Assembly: GCA_037447435.1 (NCBI GenBank)
Contig: JBBIGR010000038.1
Span: forward strand, 1-51,921
Origin: Fibrobacteria bacterium
GTDB taxonomy: Bacteria > Fibrobacterota > Chitinivibrionia > Chitinivibrionales > FEN-1185
DNA length: 51,921 nucleotides
Direction of reading: 5' to 3'
Position numbers and translations under genes: made by a program. This document shows, one piece after another, positions 28,325-37,313 of this stretch (the stretch's first letter is position 1; each line of letters opens with the position of its first letter). The notes beneath the pieces were generated by a model. That model was not told where the DNA came from. It was given only the letters and a program-made list of their open reading frames with translations, and made no database searches.

Positions 28325-28459
28325 CCCCATGCTTCCCACTTCGCTATCGCTTCGGGGACATGTCGCATGAGATAAGTTTATTGTACAGATTATACGCTCG
28401 GTAAACCTCGGTACCATTGTCTACGCAAAAAGCGCAGACAATTCTGCTATTGGTACTAA
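28325..28459. repeat. Dispersed double-hairpin repeat, copy 3 (diverged, with insertions)
   Basis: (GTAG)CCCCATGC-[32-nt loop]-GCATGAG ATAAGTTTA ... ATTGTCTACGC-aaaaa-GCGCAGACAAT TCTGCTATT GGTACTAA. Confidence 0.75.
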
Positions 28460-29386
28460 TCACTTTGAAGGATTATCGTTCAATAAAGGATCCGACATGC
28501 TGTTTATCCCGCTTTTAAACAGGAAATTATTTTGCAACGCCTTGATCATTAATTCTATTTCGGAAATATCGGACTGTACGCGTCCCATGATCGCAGGCAA
28601 ATCCTGCGACGCGGAATGGATACCGGCCACCAACAAATTGACATCCGTGATAAGCTTTGAAACCTTCCCGGAAATGGTAACGACCGAATCCGCGACTTGC
28701 TTTCCCTTATCGCCGATTTGGGCGACTTTGACGAGAATCGTGTCGACGCGGGCAAGGGTAAGGTTTGCGCGAACGACCAGGGTATTGGCGCTTTTTTCGA
28801 CATTTTGCGCCAAAATCACCAGTGAATCTTCCTTGAACAACTTACCCACCGATCCTTTACCATCAAGAACGTTTTGCAGAATTTGCTGTAAGGTTTCCAC
28901 CGTTTTTGTAACCTGGTCCAGGGTTTTCGCAATCGGCGCCAAAATGACGGATTCGAGGGTATCGCCGTTTCGCGCGCCATCGGATTCTTTTGTTCCTTCG
29001 GTGATTTCTATTTCCCAGTCGCCGATCGCGACGTTTTTCTGCTGCAATCGGGCCTTACTGTCTTTTTTGACAAGATTCATGTACTGTCGCTTGACTTTCA
29101 TTTTTACGTCGATGTACCCTTTTTCGTTGAGGCCGACGTTTTCGATATACCCGACTTTCATACCGAGAATAGTGACCGCGGCATTCCGCGACAAACCGCC
29201 CGCATTGCCGTATTTAACATACAGAAATTCCCATTTTTCAAGTATGTCGGTTTTCAAAAACGTATATACCAGAAAACAAGGCAGTATCACCAGTGGAATA
29301 ATGATAAACAATCCCACGAATAAATTACGGTGTTTTCGTTGAAACGGCTCACTGCGATTCTGCATGGTTTCCACGGGTTGGTTCAT
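28460..29386 (-). CDS. mlaD: MCE/MlaD family protein
   Basis: TM plus MCE domain (AGGLSRNAAVTILGMKVGYI, IEITEG), GKGSVGKL and a helical tail. Confidence 0.88.
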   Translation of the reverse strand: MNQPVETMQNRSEPFQRKHRNLFVGLFIIIPLVILPCFLVYTFLKTDILEKWEFLYVKYGNAGGLSRNAAVTILGMKVGYIENVGLNEKGYIDVKMKVKRQYMNLVKKDSKARLQQKNVAIGDWEIEITEGTKESDGARNGDTLESVILAPIAKTLDQVTKTVETLQQILQNVLDGKGSVGKLFKEDSLVILAQNVEKSANTLVVRANLTLARVDTILVKVAQIGDKGKQVADSVVTISGKVSKLITDVNLLVAGIHSASQDLPAIMGRVQSDISEIELMIKALQNNFLFKSGINSMSDPLLNDNPSK

Positions 29387-29397
29387 GAGGCTTCCTT

Positions 29398-30114
29398 TTA
29401 TGCAGAAAATAAAGGTAAGAAATTGCCGCTGTCCAGTGCCGACGGCGAAATGTCGGTCAGTCTTTTATTATCCAAAATCACTGCCCTTCCTTTGAGAGCC
29501 TTAAGGGTTGTCGTATTATTGCAAATGCAAACTATGGCCATTTGTTTGGCCGTAAGCAGAGATTGCAAAACATTCGTTATTCCTTCCGCTGTCAAGGGAT
29601 CTACCCCTGCAGTAGGTTCGTCGAGAAATAAAAGCGACGGATCCATGACGATTGCCCTGGCTATTGCGGCGCATCGCGATTGACCGGCCGAAAGCTCATT
29701 GGGAAATTTTTTATCAACATTAAACAAGCCGAGCTCTTCCATGCATTTCTGAACAAGCGTCCGTACATCCCTTTCAGGCAGATCCCGATGATACCGGACG
29801 GGCAAGGCGATATTATCGAACACGGTAAAATTATGAATCAGCGCATGCTTTTGGAATACGTATCCGATCCGTTGTCGCGCCATGACAAGACCTTGCTTGG
29901 TAAATTCACTACTGTTAATGCCATTCCAGTACACCGTGCCCGCACCGGGCTGCCGTAGACCCGCGCAAATTTCAAGCAACGTACTTTTTCCGCAGCCGCT
30001 TCGTCCTGCAATAGAGACAATTTCTCCGGCACCAAGCGAAAAGCCGATATCCTGAAAAAGCCGGATATCACCGTATGAAAACGACAGATTTTCCGCCTTG
30101 AATATCTCTTTCAT
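29398..30114 (-). CDS. mlaF: MlaF-like ABC transporter ATP-binding protein
   Basis: GRSGCGKST, FQKHAL, LSAGQ and FLDEPTAGVDP motifs; lies between mlaE and mlaD. Confidence 0.87.
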   Translation of the reverse strand: MKEIFKAENLSFSYGDIRLFQDIGFSLGAGEIVSIAGRSGCGKSTLLEICAGLRQPGAGTVYWNGINSSEFTKQGLVMARQRIGYVFQKHALIHNFTVFDNIALPVRYHRDLPERDVRTLVQKCMEELGLFNVDKKFPNELSAGQSRCAAIARAIVMDPSLLFLDEPTAGVDPLTAEGITNVLQSLLTAKQMAIVCICNNTTTLKALKGRAVILDNKRLTDISPSALDSGNFLPLFSA

Positions 30115-30157
30115 ATAGTATACGCTTGATTGTTAGGATTTTCCATAAAATACCGCC

Positions 30158-30967
30158 TTAGGTCGCCTGGCGTGCATAAAACACGATTGTTATCAGGATG
30201 TTAATGAGCAGGGTCCAAATCATGCATCCTACCACGCTTTTTAACGCAGCCTGCGGCACTTCACGAAGATTATTGACGTTTAACCCGTAATAACAGCTCA
30301 TAAGCGCTATAATGGCGCCGAAAAAACTGTTTTTACACATGGATATGAAAATGTCTTGCCAGCTTAATGCATCGAGCACGGTGCTCATGAAAATATTGAA
30401 CGGGATGTTCACCGTTGCCTGGGCAACGAAATACCCGCCGATGATGGCAATGATGTCGAAATAAACGCCAAGACATACCATCGATATGATCATTGCGACG
30501 AGCGCGGGCATTACAAGGAAATGAACCGGATCTATGCCCATTACCTCCAACGCCGCGATTTCTTTACCGACACGCATATTGCCGATATACGTGGCAAGCG
30601 CCGAGCCGGACCGCCCGACCACGACAAGCGACGTGAAAAACGGCCCTAATTCTCTTATGACAACTATAATCAGGATGTTGCCGAAATATTCGCCCACTCC
30701 GAATTTGGGCATATTGGTCATTGCCTGAATGATAATGGTAATACCGCAGAGCAGTCCGATGATTCCGACAAGCCAAAACGCTTCGACGCCCGTAAAAAGG
30801 ATTTGATTCACGATTTGCTTTATCGACGACTCAAAACCCTTTTTTCCGCCCATAAACAGCCCGGCCAAAGAATCATACAATAACCCGGCAAGAGAAAACA
30901 GCATCGTTGCGACGTTTGAGCCTTTTGCGCCGATATTGCTAATGAACTGCATCAGTCTTTCCAACAT
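30158..30967 (-). CDS. mlaE: MlaE family ABC permease
   Basis: RELGPFFTSLVVVGRSGSALATYIGNM...EIAALEVMGIDP. Confidence 0.92.
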   Translation of the reverse strand: MLERLMQFISNIGAKGSNVATMLFSLAGLLYDSLAGLFMGGKKGFESSIKQIVNQILFTGVEAFWLVGIIGLLCGITIIIQAMTNMPKFGVGEYFGNILIIVVIRELGPFFTSLVVVGRSGSALATYIGNMRVGKEIAALEVMGIDPVHFLVMPALVAMIISMVCLGVYFDIIAIIGGYFVAQATVNIPFNIFMSTVLDALSWQDIFISMCKNSFFGAIIALMSCYYGLNVNNLREVPQAALKSVVGCMIWTLLINILITIVFYARQAT

Positions 30968-30975
30968 ACGATTCG

Positions 30976-31617
30976 TTAACTACCTTGCACAGACGAATTA
31001 GGTTCGATATTTTTCGTGATACGCTCGGCCCATTTAGGAAATTCTTTCCAAAAGGAGATCCTTGACGCCTCGCTCATGTTCGAATACAGAAGCGGAGTTT
31101 CCGTGGTTCCGAACTCCTGTTTGAATTGCCGCACATGGGCGGCCTGTTCGTTTCTCGTGAGTTTATCCGCTTTTGTCAACACAACAAATACGGGCAGATG
31201 CAAAGACGCAAACCATTGAATCGCTTCTTTATCGATTGCAAGCCCGGGGTGGCGGCTATCGCAAAGCCAGATCACGCCGGTCAGGTTTTCACGTTTTTCG
31301 CAATAATCGCCAACCAAGACGGACCAGCGTATTTGTTCTTCCCGCCCCCGCTTTGCATGCCCGTAACCGGGCAAATCGACCCAAACGGTTTTGTTCGTAA
31401 GGGCGAAAAAATTGGCAAGCGTAGTTTTTCCCGGTTTTTTCGAAACCCGCGCCAGGGTATTATTGCATAATGCGTGATTGATAAACGATGATTTTCCGAC
31501 ATTCGACCTGCCTAAAACGCAAAATTCCCGTTTATCGCTTCTGGGAATTTCCTTAAAATGGGCAGCTGAAAACAGAAATGTTGCTTGCGGCCATAGGGAC
31601 GTCGTTTTTTTATGCAT
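30976..31617 (-). CDS. engB: Ribosome biogenesis GTPase YihA/YsxC/EngB
   Basis: GRSNVGKSS, PGKT, DLPGYG and TKADK motifs. Confidence 0.95.
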   Translation of the reverse strand: MHKKTTSLWPQATFLFSAAHFKEIPRSDKREFCVLGRSNVGKSSFINHALCNNTLARVSKKPGKTTLANFFALTNKTVWVDLPGYGHAKRGREEQIRWSVLVGDYCEKRENLTGVIWLCDSRHPGLAIDKEAIQWFASLHLPVFVVLTKADKLTRNEQAAHVRQFKQEFGTTETPLLYSNMSEASRISFWKEFPKWAERITKNIEPNSSVQGS

Positions 31618-31903
31618 AGTATAATTGTACCATTTTAAAATGTTTTTTTGCAATTAAGTAACTGTATATAACTTACCTACGTATGACGCCTATATACCAA
31701 CTATCCAATCGCTGTATGTCCTTCGAACTAATAAAGGAAGGCTCAACAAGTTAGATCAACTTTCCATATAGAGCCACTAGGGAGGCGTAGAATACCGACT
31801 AAAATATATATTTGGACTGGATATGATATTTTCTAAGTGAGTTTCTTTGGCTTTCCTATATAACCTGAAGGCTTAGTAATTAATAAATTTAATTAAAGGA
31901 ATT

Positions 31904-32356
31904 ATGACAGTTTTTAATCTTTACTTAGATAATTGTTGTTTCAACCGTCCTTACGACGACCAAACAAGTACCAAAGTACGAATTGAAACTGAATCAAAAC
32001 TCGATATTCAAGCCAATATAAAAAACGGCAGATATAAACTGCTCTGGTCATATATTCTTGAATATGAAAATCATCTTAATCCATTTCCCGGCCGCAGGGA
32101 AGAAATATTGGAATGGAAAAAATTAGCTTCAAAAATCATCGCACCATCTCAGTCGATCTTAAATAATGCATTAAAATTGTTGGAATTAGGTATACGTCAT
32201 AAAGATGCATTGCACATTGCATGCGCAATGTCAGGAAACGCAGATTATTTTATAACTACAGATAACCAATTGCTAAAAAAAAAGACGCATATTCAAAATC
32301 TCGTCATGATGAACCCGATAGAATTCATCGAAAGTGAAGAGGATTATGAAAAGTGA
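31904..32356 (+). CDS. PIN domain protein (VapC-like toxin)
   Basis: YLDNCCFNRPYDDQ, DALHIACA and DYFITTD motifs. Confidence 0.9.
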   Translation: MTVFNLYLDNCCFNRPYDDQTSTKVRIETESKLDIQANIKNGRYKLLWSYILEYENHLNPFPGRREEILEWKKLASKIIAPSQSILNNALKLLELGIRHKDALHIACAMSGNADYFITTDNQLLKKKTHIQNLVMMNPIEFIESEEDYEK

Positions 32357-32558
32357 TATTTTAATACTGCATGATGGAATGAATGCATTAAAAAATTCTT
32401 TAGGGCTAGTTGAAACGGAGAAATTCATCTCTATCATTTTGCGTGAAAAATTTGATTACACAGAGTGGCAAAAAAACCTTTTGAATGATCTGTCAATTCA
32501 CGAAATCAATGAAAATGCGACAAAATATTACAATTCTATTGATAATGAGCATAAATAG
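32346..32558 (+). CDS. Putative antitoxin partner of the PIN protein
   Basis: Overlaps the PIN gene end. GMNALKNSLGLVETEKFI..FDYTEWQ is typical of small partners of this PIN clade. Confidence 0.78.
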   Translation: MKSDILILHDGMNALKNSLGLVETEKFISIILREKFDYTEWQKNLLNDLSIHEINENATKYYNSIDNEHK

Positions 32559-32567
32559 GCCTCATTC

Positions 32568-33596
32568 ATGACAATACAAGAAGCAATCAAGCAAGTCACT
32601 GCAAAGCAAAACCTATCCATGGAGCAAGCCAAGGACGCTTTCGAGGAAATCATGAGCGGCAAAGCCACCGATGCGCAAATCGCCGCATTGATTGTCGGGC
32701 TTCGGATGAAAGGTGAAACACCGGAGGAAATTACGGGCGCGGCCACGATCATGCGCGAAAAAGCAAGCCATGTCGTACCCGCTTCATCGGCCCATGTTAT
32801 TGACACCTGCGGAACAGGCGGTGACGGCGCCAATACGTTCAACATTTCCACTGCAGCGGCTTTTGTGGCCGCCGGAGCCGGCGCAACGGTCGCAAAACAC
32901 GGCAACCGTTCGGTTTCGAGCAAATGCGGTTCCGCCGACGTCCTGGAGGCGCTGGGCGTGAACCTCTCGGTAAACACGGACAACATGAAAGAATGTCTTG
33001 ATACGATAGGAATATGTTTCTTGTTCGCCTCTGCCTTACATAAAGCTATGAAATACGCCATTGGCCCGCGAAAGGAAATCGCGGTACGGACCATATTTAA
33101 TATCCTCGGCCCGATTACCAATCCATCGGATGCGAAGGCGCAATTGCTCGGGGTGTTTTCAAAAGACCTGACCGAAACCATGGCAATCGTATTAAAAAAC
33201 CTCGGCAGCAACCGTGCTTTTGTCGTGCACGGCAACGACAATCTTGACGAAATTTCGATCACCGCGCCGACAGCGATCGCCGAACTGAACAACGGATCGG
33301 TGAAATCGTATGAAATTTCTCCGGAACAATTCGGTTTCCAAAGACACGGTTTGCATTCCATTGCAGGAGGCACGCCCCGGGAAAACGCATCCATAATACA
33401 ATCGGTTTTGGACGGCGTCAAGGGGCCTCATCGCGATATAGTGCTGCTCAATTCCGGTTTCGCAATTTGCGCGAGCGGTTTGGCCGCAACCCCCCAGGAA
33501 GGGATTTTACTCGCGGCCGATTCGATAGATTCGGGAAAAGCAAAGGATAAATTATTGTTGCTTATAGAACATACGAATCGGATCAAAAACCCGTAA
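32568..33596 (+). CDS. trpD: Anthranilate phosphoribosyltransferase
   Basis: DTCGTGGDG..TFNIST and KHGNRSVSSKCGSADVLEALG motifs. Confidence 0.98.
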   Translation: MTIQEAIKQVTAKQNLSMEQAKDAFEEIMSGKATDAQIAALIVGLRMKGETPEEITGAATIMREKASHVVPASSAHVIDTCGTGGDGANTFNISTAAAFVAAGAGATVAKHGNRSVSSKCGSADVLEALGVNLSVNTDNMKECLDTIGICFLFASALHKAMKYAIGPRKEIAVRTIFNILGPITNPSDAKAQLLGVFSKDLTETMAIVLKNLGSNRAFVVHGNDNLDEISITAPTAIAELNNGSVKSYEISPEQFGFQRHGLHSIAGGTPRENASIIQSVLDGVKGPHRDIVLLNSGFAICASGLAATPQEGILLAADSIDSGKAKDKLLLLIEHTNRIKNP

Positions 33597-33605
33597 GCGG
33601 GTCGA

Positions 33606-36019
33606 TCAGCTATTCAGCACGACATTGCTTATCGTATCAATCAAGGTCTTCATTTCAAAAGGTTTTTCCAAAACCGCAACAAAGCCTTTGTTCATTGCCG
33701 ATTCCTGGCTCAGATTCTCGGTTGCGCCGCTTACCAATACGGTTTTTACCGACGGGTTTATTTCCCTCAGTTTTTCATGACAAACCAGTCCGTCGGAATC
33801 GGCCATGATTTTATCCGCAATGACGCAATCGATAGTTTTCCATTGCGTTTTATAAAACGCGACGGCTTCGAGGCAATTTGCGAAGGAAATCACTTTGAAG
33901 CCGGCATCTTCAAGTATATGCGTGATAAGCGACCGCACTAATTCTTCATCGTCGACAACCATAACGGTACCGTGTACGCGAAGGTCGGCCGGCATTTCCA
34001 AAGGAGCGATCGGCCCGGATTTGCTTGCCGAAACAGGAAGGTACAAAGTAAAGACCGTCCCTTTGTCCACCGCGCTTTCGACGGCAACGCAACCGCCGTG
34101 GCTTCGTATGCATCCGTAAACACTTCCCAAGCCAAGCCCCGTGCCTTTTCCGGTTGGCTTAGTCGTAAAAAAAGGTTCGAAGATCCGCGGCAGCGTCTCC
34201 GGAGGAATCCCGGTGCCGGTATCGGAAACGGCTATAGAAACAAATTGGCCGGGTTCGGCTTGAAATTTTTTCAATATCGGGTTTTCTTTCTCTAACAGCG
34301 CGTTGGAAATTTCTACGGAAAGAATCCCCCCGTGAGGCATTGCGTCGTTTGCATTAAGCCCCAAATTCATGATTGCATTTTGAATCGACGACGGATCTCC
34401 GGCCACGATTTCCTGGGAAACTTGGGATTTTTTCACGATTGTAATATTCTTTTTAATCGTATGCTTCAACAAAAGGATCACGTCGTCGACAAGCCAATTC
34501 ATTTGTATCGGGACCATTTTCCAGGGCTTTTTTCTTCCGAAATCCAATAGTTTAATAGTCAATTCACGGGTTTTGTCCGCCGCGCTGAAAAGACCGTCGA
34601 CATATTGGGCCATTTCCTCATTCCCGTTTGTTTTCTTTTTAATTATTTGCGCATACCCGTATAACGGGGTTAGAAAGTTCCGTAAATCGTGACAAATCCC
34701 CGATAGAAGCGTGCCGACCATTTCAAGTTTGCGTGCCTGTATCAATTCGTTCTCAAGCCTGTTTTTTTCTTCCTTAAAAGCAATGCTCTGTTTAAGATTT
34801 TGCAAAGCAACATCGGTGGCCCTGTTCCGTTCAGATTGCATGACATTCATCCGGTCGGCAAGGGCTATGGAAAACAACAGAACGGTGAGTGCAAAGCCGA
34901 AATTCAGTATAAAGTGAGTAAAAAAATTGAAAGGAAGAATATCGTACCCGTACATCAAATTGTAAATAACGAGGGCGAACAACGTGACAAGCCCGGATTG
35001 AACATAATACAATGCCGGCCGATGCTTTTTCTTCAAAGCAACGATCGCGGAATACATCAGGATAAGGGACGGGGCAATATTAACAAACACAAGAACCCGT
35101 TCGGAATTTCGGTAGCCGATCCACGGGGAGAGAACAATCATCAGCGCCGACAGCACGCAGAAGCCCCGCAGCAACGAATGCGTCTTAGGGACGAATTCTT
35201 TTGTCGACAATATCAAGCAAGAAAACAAAATCCCGAATACCGCGGCGGAAAATTGGATGCAATGAGTGAACGGAACGGTCATTTGCGCAAACGATGAGGA
35301 ACTTTGGCCGATAAGATATCCGTATCCCGTGAGCATTTGCCCAAACGCAAAAGTCACGATGAAACCGACAAAATACAAATAACTGCGGTCTCTCAAAAAG
35401 ATGAACAAAGCGCAATGATACAACGCCACAATCAGCAACGCCCAAAATAAAGCCCGAGCGTGTTCTGTATTGTCCGGTCTTGAATATAGCTGTCTAATAG
35501 CGACGAGACCGAAACCGGGAGCACCAGCGAAGTTTGGCTTTTTATTTTCAAAAACAAAATGCGGGAAGAACCGTTTTGTCCCGGAATCGAGAACGCAGGG
35601 CTTAAAAACGGCATGGCCCTATCCTCTCCCCTTCTTAAAAATCCGGATTTCAAACTGACAAGCGAAGAATCCTGTTCAAAAAAACAATCGACTTCCTGAA
35701 TGCTGGAAAAGCCGATTTGAACCACGAAGCCCTTTTGGACATATGCGGAATCCCGAATTTCGATTCTTGCCCAATACGCCGCATTTGAAAAGCCGAAATT
35801 CGGCGTTCCTTTCGGAACGATCGTAAATGAATCGACAAATTGCGGGGACGCGACGGCCGCAACCTCTTTACCGTCGGCAACGTCCTTATAAAACCGCAAC
35901 GAACCGACAGGCTTGCTTTTATCGAAAAGATTGTATTGGAGATCCGCTGCGAGGGAATTTTGATTTTGTTCGAGTACTATGAAAATGAACGCAAATAAAA
36001 TCAATTTTGATATACGCAT
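33606..36019 (-). pseudogene. 7TM-DISM hybrid sensor histidine kinase (DISMED2-7TM-HisKA-HATPase-REC) split by a one-base frameshift
   Basis: The upstream ORF (35432-36019) has a signal peptide and the DISMED2 motif NFGFSNAAYWARIEI. The downstream ORF (33606-35438) has 7 TMs, CHDLRN, DTGTGI, GTGLGL and a REC domain. One extra G at 35441-35443 restores LGLYFGALLIVALYH. Confidence 0.82.
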
Positions 36020-36260
36020 ATATTGAAACCGACCATGCACCTTGAAGACGTTTACTAAAAGTATGGCAGTTTTTTAAGCAATACTCTAAATTCCTTTTGT
36101 GGTACATACCGCATTGTTCCGATAAGTCCATTACATAAAAAATAAATCGTCCAAAAATCTAATACTGTGATGTACGTCACAAAAACTCAAAATTTTTTTT
36201 ATGGTTTTATGCCTGGATATTTTGAAAAAAGAAATAATTTTTAATTGAATACGCCCGGCT

Positions 36261-36543
36261 TCATTGTACCGCAAAATTGCTGCTGACCGTTGGCTGAAGA
36301 TCCCTTTGTGATGAAGTATCGACACGTACGGTATACATTCCATTGAGCACTTGAAACGTCCCATTGCCGCTAAAATCCGCTCCATTGGGATTATAGACCC
36401 GCATGTTTGAAAGATGACTGTGTCTCCACTCCGACAGCAGGGAATACGAAAGGACTACTGTCCATTTGCCATGCGACGGCAAAAACCGTACTTTGCGTAA
36501 AAAAAACAACAGCAAATAAAGAATATCGCAATATTCTTATCAC
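36261..36543 (-). pseudogene. Remnant of a small secreted protein (signal peptide plus C-terminal sorting-like domain in another frame)
   Basis: AGGAGG plus GTG at 36543 gives MIRILRYSLFAVVFFTQSTVFA... stopping at 36391. An overlapping frame continues VYNPNG...NGMYTVRVD...FAVQ. Confidence 0.45.
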
Positions 36544-36581
36544 GCCAACCTCCTACAAGATGATTTTTTCTAATTCAGGGA

Positions 36582-37289
36582 TTAACTGCGGAATTTTGCT
36601 TCGAACCCGGGGTAATACAACCGCAATTCTTCGATCAGCTTTTGTACGGACAATTGGCCGGGCGCTACGGATTTCTTGACAAAGCCATACGTAAATAGCG
36701 AACCGAAAACCGGGGCCGCCACCCGGGAAATTGCGCCGTGTTCTCCCATTGCGATGGTCACGAGATTTTTCCTTTTGCCGGCGGTAAAATCCATGAGTCG
36801 AATGAGATCTTGGTAATTATGGGCCATCGTGGCGATTTTAATGATTGAGGCGCCAAGGGAATTGGCCTTGGCCGCAATTTTTTCCAAATGCGACAGATCG
36901 GGCGTTTTTTCGAAATCATGTTCCGAAACGATAATCGTTTTCCCATGCGCAAGTGCAATGACTTCCTTATTTATAGGCGCATCGATTTCGATATCAACGG
37001 CATCGACAAACGGCATTACGGCTTTGAAAATATCAATACGGATATTTTTATTCTCTGCGGTTTCCCGAAGCGTTGCTATACAGGGAAAGTCGGATGTTTT
37101 CTTGATTTTATCGATAAAAAAACAAAGCGACGGAATGTCGTTACCGAGCAAATCCATCCGGATTTCCAGAATATCGGCTCCCTGCGTCGCAAGGGCCTTG
37201 ATATGATGCATATCGAGATATTCGTCGATAATTGCCACAACGCGGGGAATTTTTCCCAGCGTTACAGTACCGATTTGAAGGTTTTCCAT
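36582..37289 (-). CDS. aroD: Type I 3-dehydroquinate dehydratase
   Basis: ADILEIRMD, SEHDFEKTP, KIATM, IAMGEHGAISR and APGQ motifs. Confidence 0.95.
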   Translation of the reverse strand: MENLQIGTVTLGKIPRVVAIIDEYLDMHHIKALATQGADILEIRMDLLGNDIPSLCFFIDKIKKTSDFPCIATLRETAENKNIRIDIFKAVMPFVDAVDIEIDAPINKEVIALAHGKTIIVSEHDFEKTPDLSHLEKIAAKANSLGASIIKIATMAHNYQDLIRLMDFTAGKRKNLVTIAMGEHGAISRVAAPVFGSLFTYGFVKKSVAPGQLSVQKLIEELRLYYPGFEAKFRS

Positions 37290-37313
37290 GATTTAAAAAT
37301 GCTTTGTGGTACG

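Noticed and set aside
28497..29342. 281-aa plus-strand ORF
   Set aside because: Antisense shadow of mlaD.
32528..33421. 297-aa minus-strand ORF
   Set aside because: Antisense shadow of trpD.
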